Positions 10,227 to 19,319 of a stretch of DNA of 64,000 bases are shown here, one piece after another (positions within the stretch are counted from its first letter, which is position 1; every line of letters begins with the position of its first letter). This DNA comes from a virus. The notes below the pieces were generated by a model. It made no database searches, was not told the DNA's origin, and worked only from the letters and a program-made list of their open reading frames with translations. The stretch lies in IMG/VR virus record IMGVR_UViG_3300000101_000010; one strand, 5' to 3'. Position numbers and translations under genes: made by a program.

Positions 10227-10997
10227 ATGTCTGCATTAAGATCACTATTACAACTTGGAACAGATTCCGGAGCAAAGCCTCTGAGAACGATTTATGTTTA
10301 CCACAGTTCATTTGATAATACTCGTAACAGTAACCCAGGTTGCTGTTGTGCATGGACACCTAGTGCAGATGTAAACTGGGCGGCTTTTGAAACATGGGGA
10401 GCAGGCGGAGACGGTGGCGGAGGCTGTTGTTGTATGTCAGGATTTCCAGGCGGAGCAGGATCGTACGGTAGAAAAATTGCTGAAATTACACCAGGCGCAA
10501 CATTTACATTATGTGCAGGAGCGGCAGGTTGCTGTAGACCAGTAATGGGCTGTACAGGATGTGGTAGTTATGCATGTTCAGGTAACGGTTGTAAATCAGG
10601 AGGCTACTTTTGCTTATGTTCATCAGGTGGTGGATATGGTTGTGCAACTTGTGGTTTTGGTACTGCATGGGGCGGACATTGTGGATGTCCAAACAGAATG
10701 TGTGGTTGTGTAAAAGGCGCAGACTTTAGTATGTGCGGTATGAATGGCGGTGGAGCAGGAACATCTATGTGTTCTAGTTCATCATGGGAAAACATGACAT
10801 CAGCACCATACGGCGGACAAAGTGCTAGAATGTCAAGAGATAATTGTTATAAAACACACGGTAGAGATGCAGATGGTCCAGCTGACTTCCCAGGAGGCGG
10901 CGGCGGAACACTACATACTCACAATGGTACTTGTTACTGCGGTGGTCCAGGAGCTGGTGGATTAGTAGTAGTTTACTATCAATCGGAAGTAGGATAA
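10227..10997 (+). CDS. Cys/Gly-rich adhesin-like tail protein 2
   Basis: 26 Cys in 256 aa; FETWGAGGDGGGGCCC; C-terminal GGPGAGGLVVVYY; paralog of 8752. Confidence 0.65.
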   Translation: MSALRSLLQLGTDSGAKPLRTIYVYHSSFDNTRNSNPGCCCAWTPSADVNWAAFETWGAGGDGGGGCCCMSGFPGGAGSYGRKIAEITPGATFTLCAGAAGCCRPVMGCTGCGSYACSGNGCKSGGYFCLCSSGGGYGCATCGFGTAWGGHCGCPNRMCGCVKGADFSMCGMNGGGAGTSMCSSSSWENMTSAPYGGQSARMSRDNCYKTHGRDADGPADFPGGGGGTLHTHNGTCYCGGPGAGGLVVVYYQSEVG

Positions 10998-11009
10998 GGA
11001 GAGTAATTT

Positions 11010-11816
11010 ATGTCAAATTTAAGAGATTATATTCCAGGATACGATGTAGGTGTTTCAAGTCCAACTGCGTTTACAGTTAGTTACGCTTGGAACTCAGATC
11101 ACAACGAAGCGTGGCCAGCACAAGCATACGGTGTACCACCAGAATCAAGATATTATTGTAACAACAACGGCGGTAAATGTTGTAACTGGACTGTTCCATC
11201 AAGTGCTACTTTTGCAGTATTTGAAATGTGGGGCGGCGGTTCATCAGCTACAGGCGGATGTTGCTGTATGCAAGGTTATCCAGCAGACTCAGGCGGATAT
11301 GCTATTAAATCTACTAACGTAACAGGCGGTGATTCATTCACAATTTGTGCAGGTAGATCAGGATGTTGTTTATATGCAGGTAATAACTATGCAGGACATA
11401 ACAGTTTTGTTATGGGAACTCCAACAGGCGGCTCATGTTTTTGTGCTGTAGCTTGTGGAGGTTACTGTAGTAACTGTACACATTGTCATGGTTTCTTTAG
11501 CTGTTACGGTTGCTGTATGAACTGTTATAACTGTCAAATTCAACCTAATAACGTTGACTTTGGTATTGCAAGTATGACAGGTTCTTCACAAAGATCACAG
11601 CATTGCGGAGATAGAGGATTAGAATTAACACCAACTGCTCCAATGGCACAGTCAGGACCTAAAATGGGACCAAACGGTTGCTGTACAAGAGGCGGCGAGT
11701 GTGGTGGATTTGGTTCATGGCCAGGTGGCGCAGGAGAATCAGGTAGAGCATATGGCGGCGGTTGCTGTTGTGGTTCACCAGGTGCTGAAGGCGCAGTATA
11801 CGTGGTGTATTATTAA
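11010..11816 (+). CDS. Cys/Gly-rich adhesin-like tail protein 3
   Basis: 27 Cys in 268 aa; NWTVP...FEMWGGGSSATGGCCC; C-terminal PGAEGAVYVVYY; paralog of 8752 and 10227. Confidence 0.65.
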   Translation: MSNLRDYIPGYDVGVSSPTAFTVSYAWNSDHNEAWPAQAYGVPPESRYYCNNNGGKCCNWTVPSSATFAVFEMWGGGSSATGGCCCMQGYPADSGGYAIKSTNVTGGDSFTICAGRSGCCLYAGNNYAGHNSFVMGTPTGGSCFCAVACGGYCSNCTHCHGFFSCYGCCMNCYNCQIQPNNVDFGIASMTGSSQRSQHCGDRGLELTPTAPMAQSGPKMGPNGCCTRGGECGGFGSWPGGAGESGRAYGGGCCCGSPGAEGAVYVVYY

Positions 11817-11838
11817 AGGTAACAAATAGGAAAATAGA

Positions 11839-13209
11839 ATGATAGATCCAAATGCAACAGATAGAGTAGTAGAAGTAAACGTAGACTTCTCGTATGATAT
11901 GCCAGATGCATATCTGTATCAAACTGCCGACTTAGGTAAAGTGGGTACTTGGACTTATGAAGGTCCTAGAGAGATGTGGGTATTTTTACGTAAAAGAGAT
12001 AACAAGCGTACAGGTGAAGTTAAATTCAGCTACCAAGTTGAAGATGATTTTGTACCTGCGGCAAGTGAATACATGGTTAAAGTTAACTGTGAAGAAAATC
12101 CTTTACTTTGCGAATTAATGGAAACTGATCAAGACACACTATTTTTAGAAGGCAGAGAACAAATAAGTACTACACTTCCAATAAATGATTGGGAAGGTAA
12201 TCCATTTGTACATATTGAGCCTAAAGTTCCGACACCAGATCACACATACGATAGAGATGAAATTGAATACAATCCAACTGCACAAGAATGGGTTACACCT
12301 TTTCCATTTATTAAGCCACACACAGATTGGGAAGCAATTAAAAAAGTACGTTGGTCTAGACTAAACGCTAGTGACGGACACGTATCAGAAGATATGCCAG
12401 CTAGTTTAATTACTGAATGGCAAGATTATAGAATAGCATTAAGAAACTTACCAGCTACATATGGTGCGGCATGGTCAGTAGCTATTGCAACAGCAGGAAC
12501 AGGATATGCAGTAGGCGACAACTTTAACGTTGACGCAAGTGTATTTGGTTTTTCAAGTGCAGATGTAGGTACATTAGACGATTTAAGTCAACCAATGGGT
12601 AAGAGACCCGGATTTGATTTTGAAGCGGCAACTAGTGGACTAGATGATACAGCTCTTGTTAACGAAAATGATTCATTAGATGTAAACATTATTGTTACAG
12701 CAGTTGATTCAGATGGTGCAATTACAGGTGTTAGAACACGTAACGCATTTAATGCAAGACATATTGCAGAAGCACGTACACTTAACGCAGTAGCAACTAC
12801 AGCAACTACAAGCGGTGGTTCAGGTGCAACATTTAATTTAAGTAAAGTAGTTAGAATTGACCCTTGGAAAGTAAGATTTCCACAGAGTCCAAACGCAAAA
12901 CGCCCAGGTGTGTATGGCGAAAGAGATCAATTTCCAGGACAGATTGGCCGTTATTTAAGCGAAGCTGATCGTAACAATCCTGCAGATGGTTGGTTAATGG
13001 AACACACATATCACCCTGCAACGGGACACTTTGTTCCACCAGAAATAGGCGGCAACTATATGGCTTATGATTTAGAAAGATTGAATCTAAGTACAGACGG
13101 TACACCGTACGATGATGGCGTAGCAGACGGGCTTCCAACACCTCCTACAGACTCAAGAGGCAATACACGTATTGCTGGGACTGTAACAGCCAGAAAACAA
13201 TCAAGCTAA
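11839..13209 (+). CDS. Tail fibre assembly chaperone 2 with inserted fibre-like domain
   Basis: N-terminus paralogous to 9522 (FSYDMPDAYL vs FTYDIPNEYL; PDHTYDRD vs PDHAYERD); WEAIKKVR...WQDYRIALRNLP chaperone motif. Confidence 0.65.
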   Translation: MIDPNATDRVVEVNVDFSYDMPDAYLYQTADLGKVGTWTYEGPREMWVFLRKRDNKRTGEVKFSYQVEDDFVPAASEYMVKVNCEENPLLCELMETDQDTLFLEGREQISTTLPINDWEGNPFVHIEPKVPTPDHTYDRDEIEYNPTAQEWVTPFPFIKPHTDWEAIKKVRWSRLNASDGHVSEDMPASLITEWQDYRIALRNLPATYGAAWSVAIATAGTGYAVGDNFNVDASVFGFSSADVGTLDDLSQPMGKRPGFDFEAATSGLDDTALVNENDSLDVNIIVTAVDSDGAITGVRTRNAFNARHIAEARTLNAVATTATTSGGSGATFNLSKVVRIDPWKVRFPQSPNAKRPGVYGERDQFPGQIGRYLSEADRNNPADGWLMEHTYHPATGHFVPPEIGGNYMAYDLERLNLSTDGTPYDDGVADGLPTPPTDSRGNTRIAGTVTARKQSS

Positions 13210-13220
13210 ACTAATCTTCA

Positions 13221-13227
13221 TTAAATA
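13221..13227 (+). promoter_or_regulatory. Late promoter box (TTAAATA) of the GT9 operon
   Basis: NTAAATA in the 58-nt gap before ATG 13268, followed by two TTGTWACAA palindromes. Confidence 0.5.
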
Positions 13228-13267
13228 TTGTTACAAGCAATTACACATATTGTAACAAGGATATAAA

Positions 13268-14263
13268 ATGACAGATAAAAGAAATACAGCTATTTTCATC
13301 AATGGTGGCGCTGGCAGAGTTCTTGCTAGTATTCCGGCACTTGAGAAGTTTGCAGAAGAAAATCCAGACGATAACTTTATCATTGTATGCGAAGGCGGTA
13401 CTGACTTTTATAAAGGTCATCCAGTACTCCATGCAAAGGCATACGATCACTGGCACAAGAATCTTTTCCAAGATAAACTTAAAGATATGAATTTGATTAC
13501 ACCTGAGCCTTACAGAGCTTGGGAATACTACAACCAACAATGTAGTATTGCAGAAGCATACGATATTCAAATTAATAATAAAGGATTACGTAAATTAAGC
13601 AAACCAATTTTAAAACTTTCTAGAGAAGAAATGTTGTTTGGTAAAAAGCTAGTAGACGAAGTTAAAGAAAAAACTAAAAAAGACAAAGTAGTTGTTTTTC
13701 AACCATTTGGTAGAGCAGTACAACATGACAATGGTGTAATTACTGACTGGAGTGGTAGAAGTTTTGAAGCTGAAAATTCAGTTAATATTGTTAAATCACT
13801 TTCTAAAAAATATGCAATGGTACACATGGCAGAGTTTGGTATTGACTTTTCAAAACACGGATGTAAAGAACCTGTAGCAAGTCCTATGGGTGCAGACCTA
13901 AGACATTGGGCAGGAATTATTGCAAATGCAGATTACTTTTTAGGCTGTGATAGTGTAGGGCAACATATTGCACATGCACTAGGTATTAAATGTACAGTAG
14001 TAATAGGATCAACTTTTCCAGTTAATGTTTCGTATCCAGAAGATAAAAACTTTGATATTTTAGACATGGGCGAAGGCGCCAGAGTATATTCACCTATTAG
14101 AGTTACAACAGATGAATATGCAGATAGAGTTAATGACGGTATCATGGCAATGAATGACAAAGTTGAAAGTGTCATTTGTGATTCAGTAACAGCAGGAATT
14201 AGAAATAAGAAAAAAGTTGGTGTAAACTACAATAGTACGACCAAAGAAGCAACTCCTGCTTAA
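13268..14263 (+). CDS. GT9-like (heptosyltransferase-like) glycosyltransferase
   Basis: N-terminal GGAGRVLASIP (cf. GT9 GxxGDxxxxxP), VVFQPFG, and C-terminal IANADYFLGCDSVGQHIAHALG, typical of GT9 GT-B enzymes. Confidence 0.7.
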   Translation: MTDKRNTAIFINGGAGRVLASIPALEKFAEENPDDNFIIVCEGGTDFYKGHPVLHAKAYDHWHKNLFQDKLKDMNLITPEPYRAWEYYNQQCSIAEAYDIQINNKGLRKLSKPILKLSREEMLFGKKLVDEVKEKTKKDKVVVFQPFGRAVQHDNGVITDWSGRSFEAENSVNIVKSLSKKYAMVHMAEFGIDFSKHGCKEPVASPMGADLRHWAGIIANADYFLGCDSVGQHIAHALGIKCTVVIGSTFPVNVSYPEDKNFDILDMGEGARVYSPIRVTTDEYADRVNDGIMAMNDKVESVICDSVTAGIRNKKKVGVNYNSTTKEATPA

Positions 14264-14265
14264 GA

Positions 14266-15102
14266 ATGAAACGCTTATTTGTATTTGGGTGTTCCTATAC
14301 ATCATGGAATTGGCCAACCTACGCAGACATTTATGCACAGCAATTTGACCACTATGAAAATTGGGGTCATGCAGGCTTAGGAAATAGAGCTATTGCTGAA
14401 CGTGTTGCAGAATGCCACGCTACAAATGAATTTGACAAAGACGATACAGTAATAGTACAATGGTCAAGTCATTTACGTTACGATTATCTTAACTTTAAAC
14501 ACACAGAACCTTGGCAAACTAAAGGTAGTATATTCAGTTATCAGAACAAAGAAGTATTTGATGACAAATGGATAGAAACTTTTTATGATGAAAAAGCATT
14601 GTTTTTACACACAATGAATAACATTATACTTACTAAGGGTTTATTAAAAGATACAAATTGTAAGTTTCATTTTACAAGTATTAGTAACTTAGAAACATTA
14701 GGAACAGATATTCCGCATCAAAAAGGACATGGTGAAAATTTAAGAAATACACCTGAACTTGCTGATGCATTTAAAGAGTTTAATCTAGAACAATATAGAT
14801 ACGTACTAGAAGGTCCTGAATGGCTAGAATCATTAGGATTACATGCTTGGAATAGACCAGACTCTAGTTGGTGGTTTGAAGGAAATGGCGAAAAATGGTT
14901 AGAGTTACACCCTAGTCCAGTACAGCATTTAAGTTTTTGCCAATCATATCTAAGCCACAACTTATCAGAACAAACACAAAAAATGATAGATACTGTTATA
15001 GATTGTAAAACTAACGACTACAAAGAAACTATTAAAAATATTACAAATTTGCAATTAGCAAATTGGGATAGAAGTTATAGAGGAATAAAAGATGCCAAGT
15101 AA
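14266..15102 (+). CDS. SGNH/GDSL-like hydrolase or acyltransferase
   Basis: Block-I-like FGCSYT, block-II-like GHAGLGN, DTVIVQWS and a C-terminal ELHPS in place of DxxH. Confidence 0.5.
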   Translation: MKRLFVFGCSYTSWNWPTYADIYAQQFDHYENWGHAGLGNRAIAERVAECHATNEFDKDDTVIVQWSSHLRYDYLNFKHTEPWQTKGSIFSYQNKEVFDDKWIETFYDEKALFLHTMNNIILTKGLLKDTNCKFHFTSISNLETLGTDIPHQKGHGENLRNTPELADAFKEFNLEQYRYVLEGPEWLESLGLHAWNRPDSSWWFEGNGEKWLELHPSPVQHLSFCQSYLSHNLSEQTQKMIDTVIDCKTNDYKETIKNITNLQLANWDRSYRGIKDAK

Positions 15103-16903
15103 AAAATCAGTATGGATCGCTGGAATTGCTAGAGGACATAACGGCGGAGTATGTTTATTAAAAGATGGTGAAATTGTTTTTTCAATTGAAGAAGAACGCC
15201 TAACAAGACAAAAATACGATGGCGGCCCATATGCAAGTATGATTAAGATACTTGAATATACAGACAAGCTAGACTTTTTAGTTGTTGCACATACACAAAA
15301 TTTAGAACAAACTGCTGGCAAAGTAGACTTTAGTGGCGATGATGTTTATACAGGACTTGCACGTAAGCTAGGACTTATTAAACGTGAAGCATACCAAGGA
15401 GGAAATCATCCTCAAGTAATTGACATGTCAAACATACACCACAAGTTACATGCCGCTTGTGCTTTTTATCGTTCAGGATTTGAAGATGCTTGTGCAGTTA
15501 TTGTTGATGGTGCTGGAACATTTATTACATTAGATATCGGCGGAGTTCCTACTACTGTTTGGGAAACAGAAAGTATTTACGATTGCAACTATCCAGATAA
15601 CTTTAAAACATTATACAAACACATTGGTGCTAATGGACCTGTTATGGGTGCATGGATGCCTGAATTTTCAAGTGAAATGTATGACGAAGATAAAGATCAA
15701 ACACACGAATTAGTTATTTCAGAAAATGCTGGCATTGTTAAAGCGTATGAAGCAGTTACAGAGTACTGTGGATTTAGTTTTATTGAAGCAGGTAAAACTA
15801 TGGGATTATTTCCATACGGTAAAGCAGACAGTCCGGCACCTAAAATATTTAGACATGATACAATGACATCACAAGCAGACAGACATGTTATTGTTCCAAC
15901 GTATCCTAATGGTGCTCATGTTAATTACAACATGCACACATACTTAACTAATCATGGCGATGAAGAAAATCAAGATGTAACATATTTAGAAAACAGACGT
16001 AACATGGCTTATCAAATACAAACAGAAAGCCAAACAGAAGTTGCAAATCTAATTCGTAAAGCAGTTGCAATGTCAGGTAAGAATAAAGTAGTTATTAGTG
16101 GCGGATACGGACTTAATTGTGTTGCTAACTATCATTACTTAGAAGAATTAAAAGACGAAGGCATTGAAATTTATGTTGAACCAGTAAGTAACGATGCAGG
16201 TACAGCAATGGGTGGTGCAATGTTAATGCATAGACGTTTAACTAAAAGTAACAAACGTCAAGAACAGCAAGAAACACTATATGAAGGACCAGCTTACAGT
16301 TATACAGATGAAGAAATTAATGCAGTTGTAGAAAAGTATAATGCAACAGTTGAAGATGCAGATAATACTAAAGCTGTAGACTTACTTGCTGATAGAAAGA
16401 TTGTTACATTATTCCAAGGACGTAGTGAAAACGGTCCACGTGCATTAGGTAATAGAACTATTATGTATGATCCAAGTGATCCTAATGGTAAAGATTATGT
16501 AAACAAAGTTAAACGTAGAGAATACTTCCGTCCGTTTGCAGGTAGTATACTAGAAGAAGATGTACATGAATGGTTTGACTTACGTGGAATGAAAAGTTCA
16601 CCAACAATGATGTATGCTGTAAACTGTCAACCTGGTATTGCTGAAAAGATTCCAAGTATTATTCACGTAGATGGCACATGTAGAATTCAAACAGTTAATA
16701 GAGATCAAAACAAACATTACTATGACATTATCAAAGCGTTCAAAGAACGTACTGGTACTAGTATAATTTTCAATACTAGTTTTAACCTAGGTGGCGAACC
16801 GTTAGTTGAAACACTAGATGATGCTGTACGTACACTACGTAATAGTGATATTGAATATCTTTATTTGCCAGAATACAATAAGCTAATTACAGTAAACAAT
16901 TAA
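15092..16903 (+). CDS. O-carbamoyltransferase, NodU/CmcH/TobZ family
   Basis: EEERLTRQK, HHKLHAACAFY, VDGAG, SGGYGLNCVAN, DAGTAMG, GPRALGNR, KRREYFRPFA, HVDGTCRIQTV, NTSFNLGGEP. Confidence 0.93.
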   Translation: MPSKKSVWIAGIARGHNGGVCLLKDGEIVFSIEEERLTRQKYDGGPYASMIKILEYTDKLDFLVVAHTQNLEQTAGKVDFSGDDVYTGLARKLGLIKREAYQGGNHPQVIDMSNIHHKLHAACAFYRSGFEDACAVIVDGAGTFITLDIGGVPTTVWETESIYDCNYPDNFKTLYKHIGANGPVMGAWMPEFSSEMYDEDKDQTHELVISENAGIVKAYEAVTEYCGFSFIEAGKTMGLFPYGKADSPAPKIFRHDTMTSQADRHVIVPTYPNGAHVNYNMHTYLTNHGDEENQDVTYLENRRNMAYQIQTESQTEVANLIRKAVAMSGKNKVVISGGYGLNCVANYHYLEELKDEGIEIYVEPVSNDAGTAMGGAMLMHRRLTKSNKRQEQQETLYEGPAYSYTDEEINAVVEKYNATVEDADNTKAVDLLADRKIVTLFQGRSENGPRALGNRTIMYDPSDPNGKDYVNKVKRREYFRPFAGSILEEDVHEWFDLRGMKSSPTMMYAVNCQPGIAEKIPSIIHVDGTCRIQTVNRDQNKHYYDIIKAFKERTGTSIIFNTSFNLGGEPLVETLDDAVRTLRNSDIEYLYLPEYNKLITVNN

Positions 16904-16907
16904 AGTC

Positions 16908-17537
16908 ATGGAAGATGACTTTATCCAATACTTTGATATAAAGATTCACTGGACCAAAGACACAGACGGCTGTGGCAACACAATGGTTGATGACTTTATT
17001 GATGCAACACAAGCAATAAGCGAAGATAAAAAATTTAACAATGTACTAGAATGGTGTAGTGGACCAGGCTTTTGGGGGTTTGGATTACTTGCAACAGGTA
17101 TAGCAAACAAAGTTACATTGGCAGACATCTATGAGCCAACTCAGCTTCCTGTATTACAAACAATAAAAGAAAATAACTTACAAGATACTGCACAATTTTT
17201 TCTAAGTGACAACTTTACAAATATTCCGCAACAAAAATTTGACCTAATTGTTGCTAATCCACCTCACTTTAACATGGATCCGTATGTAGCACACTATGAC
17301 GATCCAAGGAAATATAAAGATTTAGACTGGTCTATACATAAAAATTTCTTTAACAATGTTAACAATTACCTAACCGACGATGGAATTATTGTACTTGCTG
17401 AAAATGTATGGGGATCAAATCCTGACACATTCCAAGACATGATTACTGATAACAATTTACAAATTACACATCATTTTGTAAGCAAACAATACCCTTTAGA
17501 TATGTGGTATTTAGGTATTACACGCTTACACCACTAG
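16908..17537 (+). CDS. Class I SAM methyltransferase (HemK/PrmC-like NPPx motif)
   Basis: VLEWCSGPG motif I and DLIVANPPHF motif IV. Confidence 0.8.
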   Translation: MEDDFIQYFDIKIHWTKDTDGCGNTMVDDFIDATQAISEDKKFNNVLEWCSGPGFWGFGLLATGIANKVTLADIYEPTQLPVLQTIKENNLQDTAQFFLSDNFTNIPQQKFDLIVANPPHFNMDPYVAHYDDPRKYKDLDWSIHKNFFNNVNNYLTDDGIIVLAENVWGSNPDTFQDMITDNNLQITHHFVSKQYPLDMWYLGITRLHH

Positions 17538-17560
17538 CAATCGTAACAGTCCATAATTAG

Positions 17561-17567
17561 GTAAATA
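17561..17567 (+). promoter_or_regulatory. Late promoter box (GTAAATA)
   Basis: Intergenic, upstream of SD GAGG and ATG 17594. Confidence 0.6.
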
Positions 17568-17593
17568 TACTAAAGAGGAATGTAAAAGGTACA

Positions 17594-19294
17594 ATGAGCT
17601 TCGATATCACCAAATACTTTAGACGCGGACAAAATAGTACGATTGAGTTTCGTAATGGAACCAACTTGTCTTATGCAGGGCCAAGCTATTCGTTAGTAGA
17701 GGCAGGAACAGAATTAGACCGTTGGTACGTTGGTAGTTACTTTGGTGTAGAATACACTATTGCATGTGATGTAAATAGTGAACGCAAAGAAGTAATTAAA
17801 GCAATGGCAACAGCTAGTACTAGTAAAGCAAATATTGTTGTTTATGGACGTAGTAATTTAGGAGATGACCTATTACAATTAGAAGTTGAAGTTACAGATT
17901 CGTACTTTAAACTTATGGCATATCCAAGAGTACAAGATGACTCAACTGCTATTGCAGGAGCAAAAGTAATTTACTCAGCAAACTATTATGCAACACAGAA
18001 CGAACCTACAGCAACACTATTAGGATCAAACGTTGCGGCAAACGCACCAGTTTATACATTAAATCCAAGCACTACAAATACTGGAGAACTTGGACAAACA
18101 GTTACAGTAGAATTAGTTACATCAAATGTACTTGCGGGTACAGTTTTACCTTATACAATTTCAGGTATACAAAGTGCAGATATAGGTGGATTAAATCTTA
18201 CAGGAACATTTATTGTTGGAACAACAGATATTCTTAGTTTCCCTATTACTGTTGACTTAGCAACAGAAGGTCAAGAAGTAATGACAGTTAAACTTGATAA
18301 CAATCAAGCTACTACTAGTATTGTTATCCAAGATACAAGTACAACACCAGCTGTCAGTTACGGACTTACAACTAGTGCGGCAACAGTTGATGAAGGTGGA
18401 ACATTTACTATTACATTAACTTCTGAAAACGTTGCATCTGGCACACTAGTTGGATATACAATTACAGGAGTTGACTCAGCAGACATAGGCGGAGCAGACT
18501 TAACAGGTAACTTTGAGATTGGAACTGTAGAATCAATTGTTTATACTGCAACTGAAGATCTATTAACAGATGGTGCAGAAACATTCCAAATGTCAATTGA
18601 CGGTACAAGTACAATCGTTGAAGTTGCAATAGGCGACACAAGTTTAAGTCCAATTATTCCAAGTTATACATTAGGATCATCTACTAACACAGTTAACGAA
18701 GGCGGAGTATTTACAATTACACTTTCAACATCAAATGTTGAAAATGGTACAGTTTTACCTTATACAATTTCAGGTGTAACAGGTGCAGACATAGGTGGCG
18801 CGGCATTAACAGGAAACTTTGTTGTTGGAACAACGGATAGTATTACACTTACTGCAACAGCTGATGCAACAACAGAAGGCGATGAAGGATTTGTAATTGC
18901 ACTAGACAATGGCGAATCATCTAAGAGTATTGCTATTATTGATACAAGTACAACACCAGGAAACAGTTATACAATAGCAACTTCAAATAGCGGCTCAGCT
19001 TCATATACATTAAACGGCTCAGATAGATTAGGTACAGTAAATGGTGCTAACCAAACAGTAACAATTAATGTTAATGATACAGTTACATTTACTATGAATG
19101 CACCAGGACATCCGTTCTATATTAAAGCACAAAACTCAACAGGTACAGGTAATATTGTAACAAATCCATTAGCAACAGGACAAGGTGCATCATCTTCAGG
19201 ATCAGTAGCTTGGACACCTTCAGCAGTAGGAACTTATCATTATAACTGTCAATTCCATGGAGCAATGCATGGATTAATAGTGGTACAAAGCTAG
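17594..19294 (+). CDS. Virion protein with three Calx-beta-like repeats and a C-terminal cupredoxin-like domain
   Basis: Three ~101-aa repeats (EGG.FTITL...NV..GT..PYTI.G...ADIGG..LTG.F); C-terminus GHPF...YHYNCQFHGAMHG. Confidence 0.7.
   Translation: MSFDITKYFRRGQNSTIEFRNGTNLSYAGPSYSLVEAGTELDRWYVGSYFGVEYTIACDVNSERKEVIKAMATASTSKANIVVYGRSNLGDDLLQLEVEVTDSYFKLMAYPRVQDDSTAIAGAKVIYSANYYATQNEPTATLLGSNVAANAPVYTLNPSTTNTGELGQTVTVELVTSNVLAGTVLPYTISGIQSADIGGLNLTGTFIVGTTDILSFPITVDLATEGQEVMTVKLDNNQATTSIVIQDTSTTPAVSYGLTTSAATVDEGGTFTITLTSENVASGTLVGYTITGVDSADIGGADLTGNFEIGTVESIVYTATEDLLTDGAETFQMSIDGTSTIVEVAIGDTSLSPIIPSYTLGSSTNTVNEGGVFTITLSTSNVENGTVLPYTISGVTGADIGGAALTGNFVVGTTDSITLTATADATTEGDEGFVIALDNGESSKSIAIIDTSTTPGNSYTIATSNSGSASYTLNGSDRLGTVNGANQTVTINVNDTVTFTMNAPGHPFYIKAQNSTGTGNIVTNPLATGQGASSSGSVAWTPSAVGTYHYNCQFHGAMHGLIVVQS
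18137..18775 (+). repeat. Intragenic direct repeat, 30 nt identical (18137-18166 and 18746-18775)
   Basis: ggtacagttttaccttatacaatttcaggt occurs twice, 609 nt apart (two protein repeat units). Confidence 0.85.
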
Positions 19295-19296
19295 TG

Positions 19297-19303
19297 ATAA
19301 ATA
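19297..19303 (+). promoter_or_regulatory. Late promoter box (ATAAATA)
   Basis: Intergenic, upstream of SD GGAG and ATG 19320. Confidence 0.65.
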
Positions 19304-19319
19304 CTATTGGAGAAACTAA

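Noticed and set aside
8752-11816. Possible diversity-generating retroelement or invertible adhesin cassette
   Set aside because: The paralogs differ throughout rather than only at adenines; no reverse transcriptase, recombinase or flanking inverted repeats are seen in the window.
8752-11816. Selenocysteine or stop-codon recoding in the Cys-rich genes
   Set aside because: The ORFs are uninterrupted, all Cys are TGT/TGC, and genes across the window end normally at TAA, TAG or TGA.
13268-17537. DNA hypermodification as the main role of the carbamoyltransferase, GT and oxygenase genes
   Set aside because: Not excluded but disfavoured: no hydroxymethylase, thymidylate-synthase-like or TET/JBP-like gene was recognised in the window, the promoters are late, and restriction sites are avoided.
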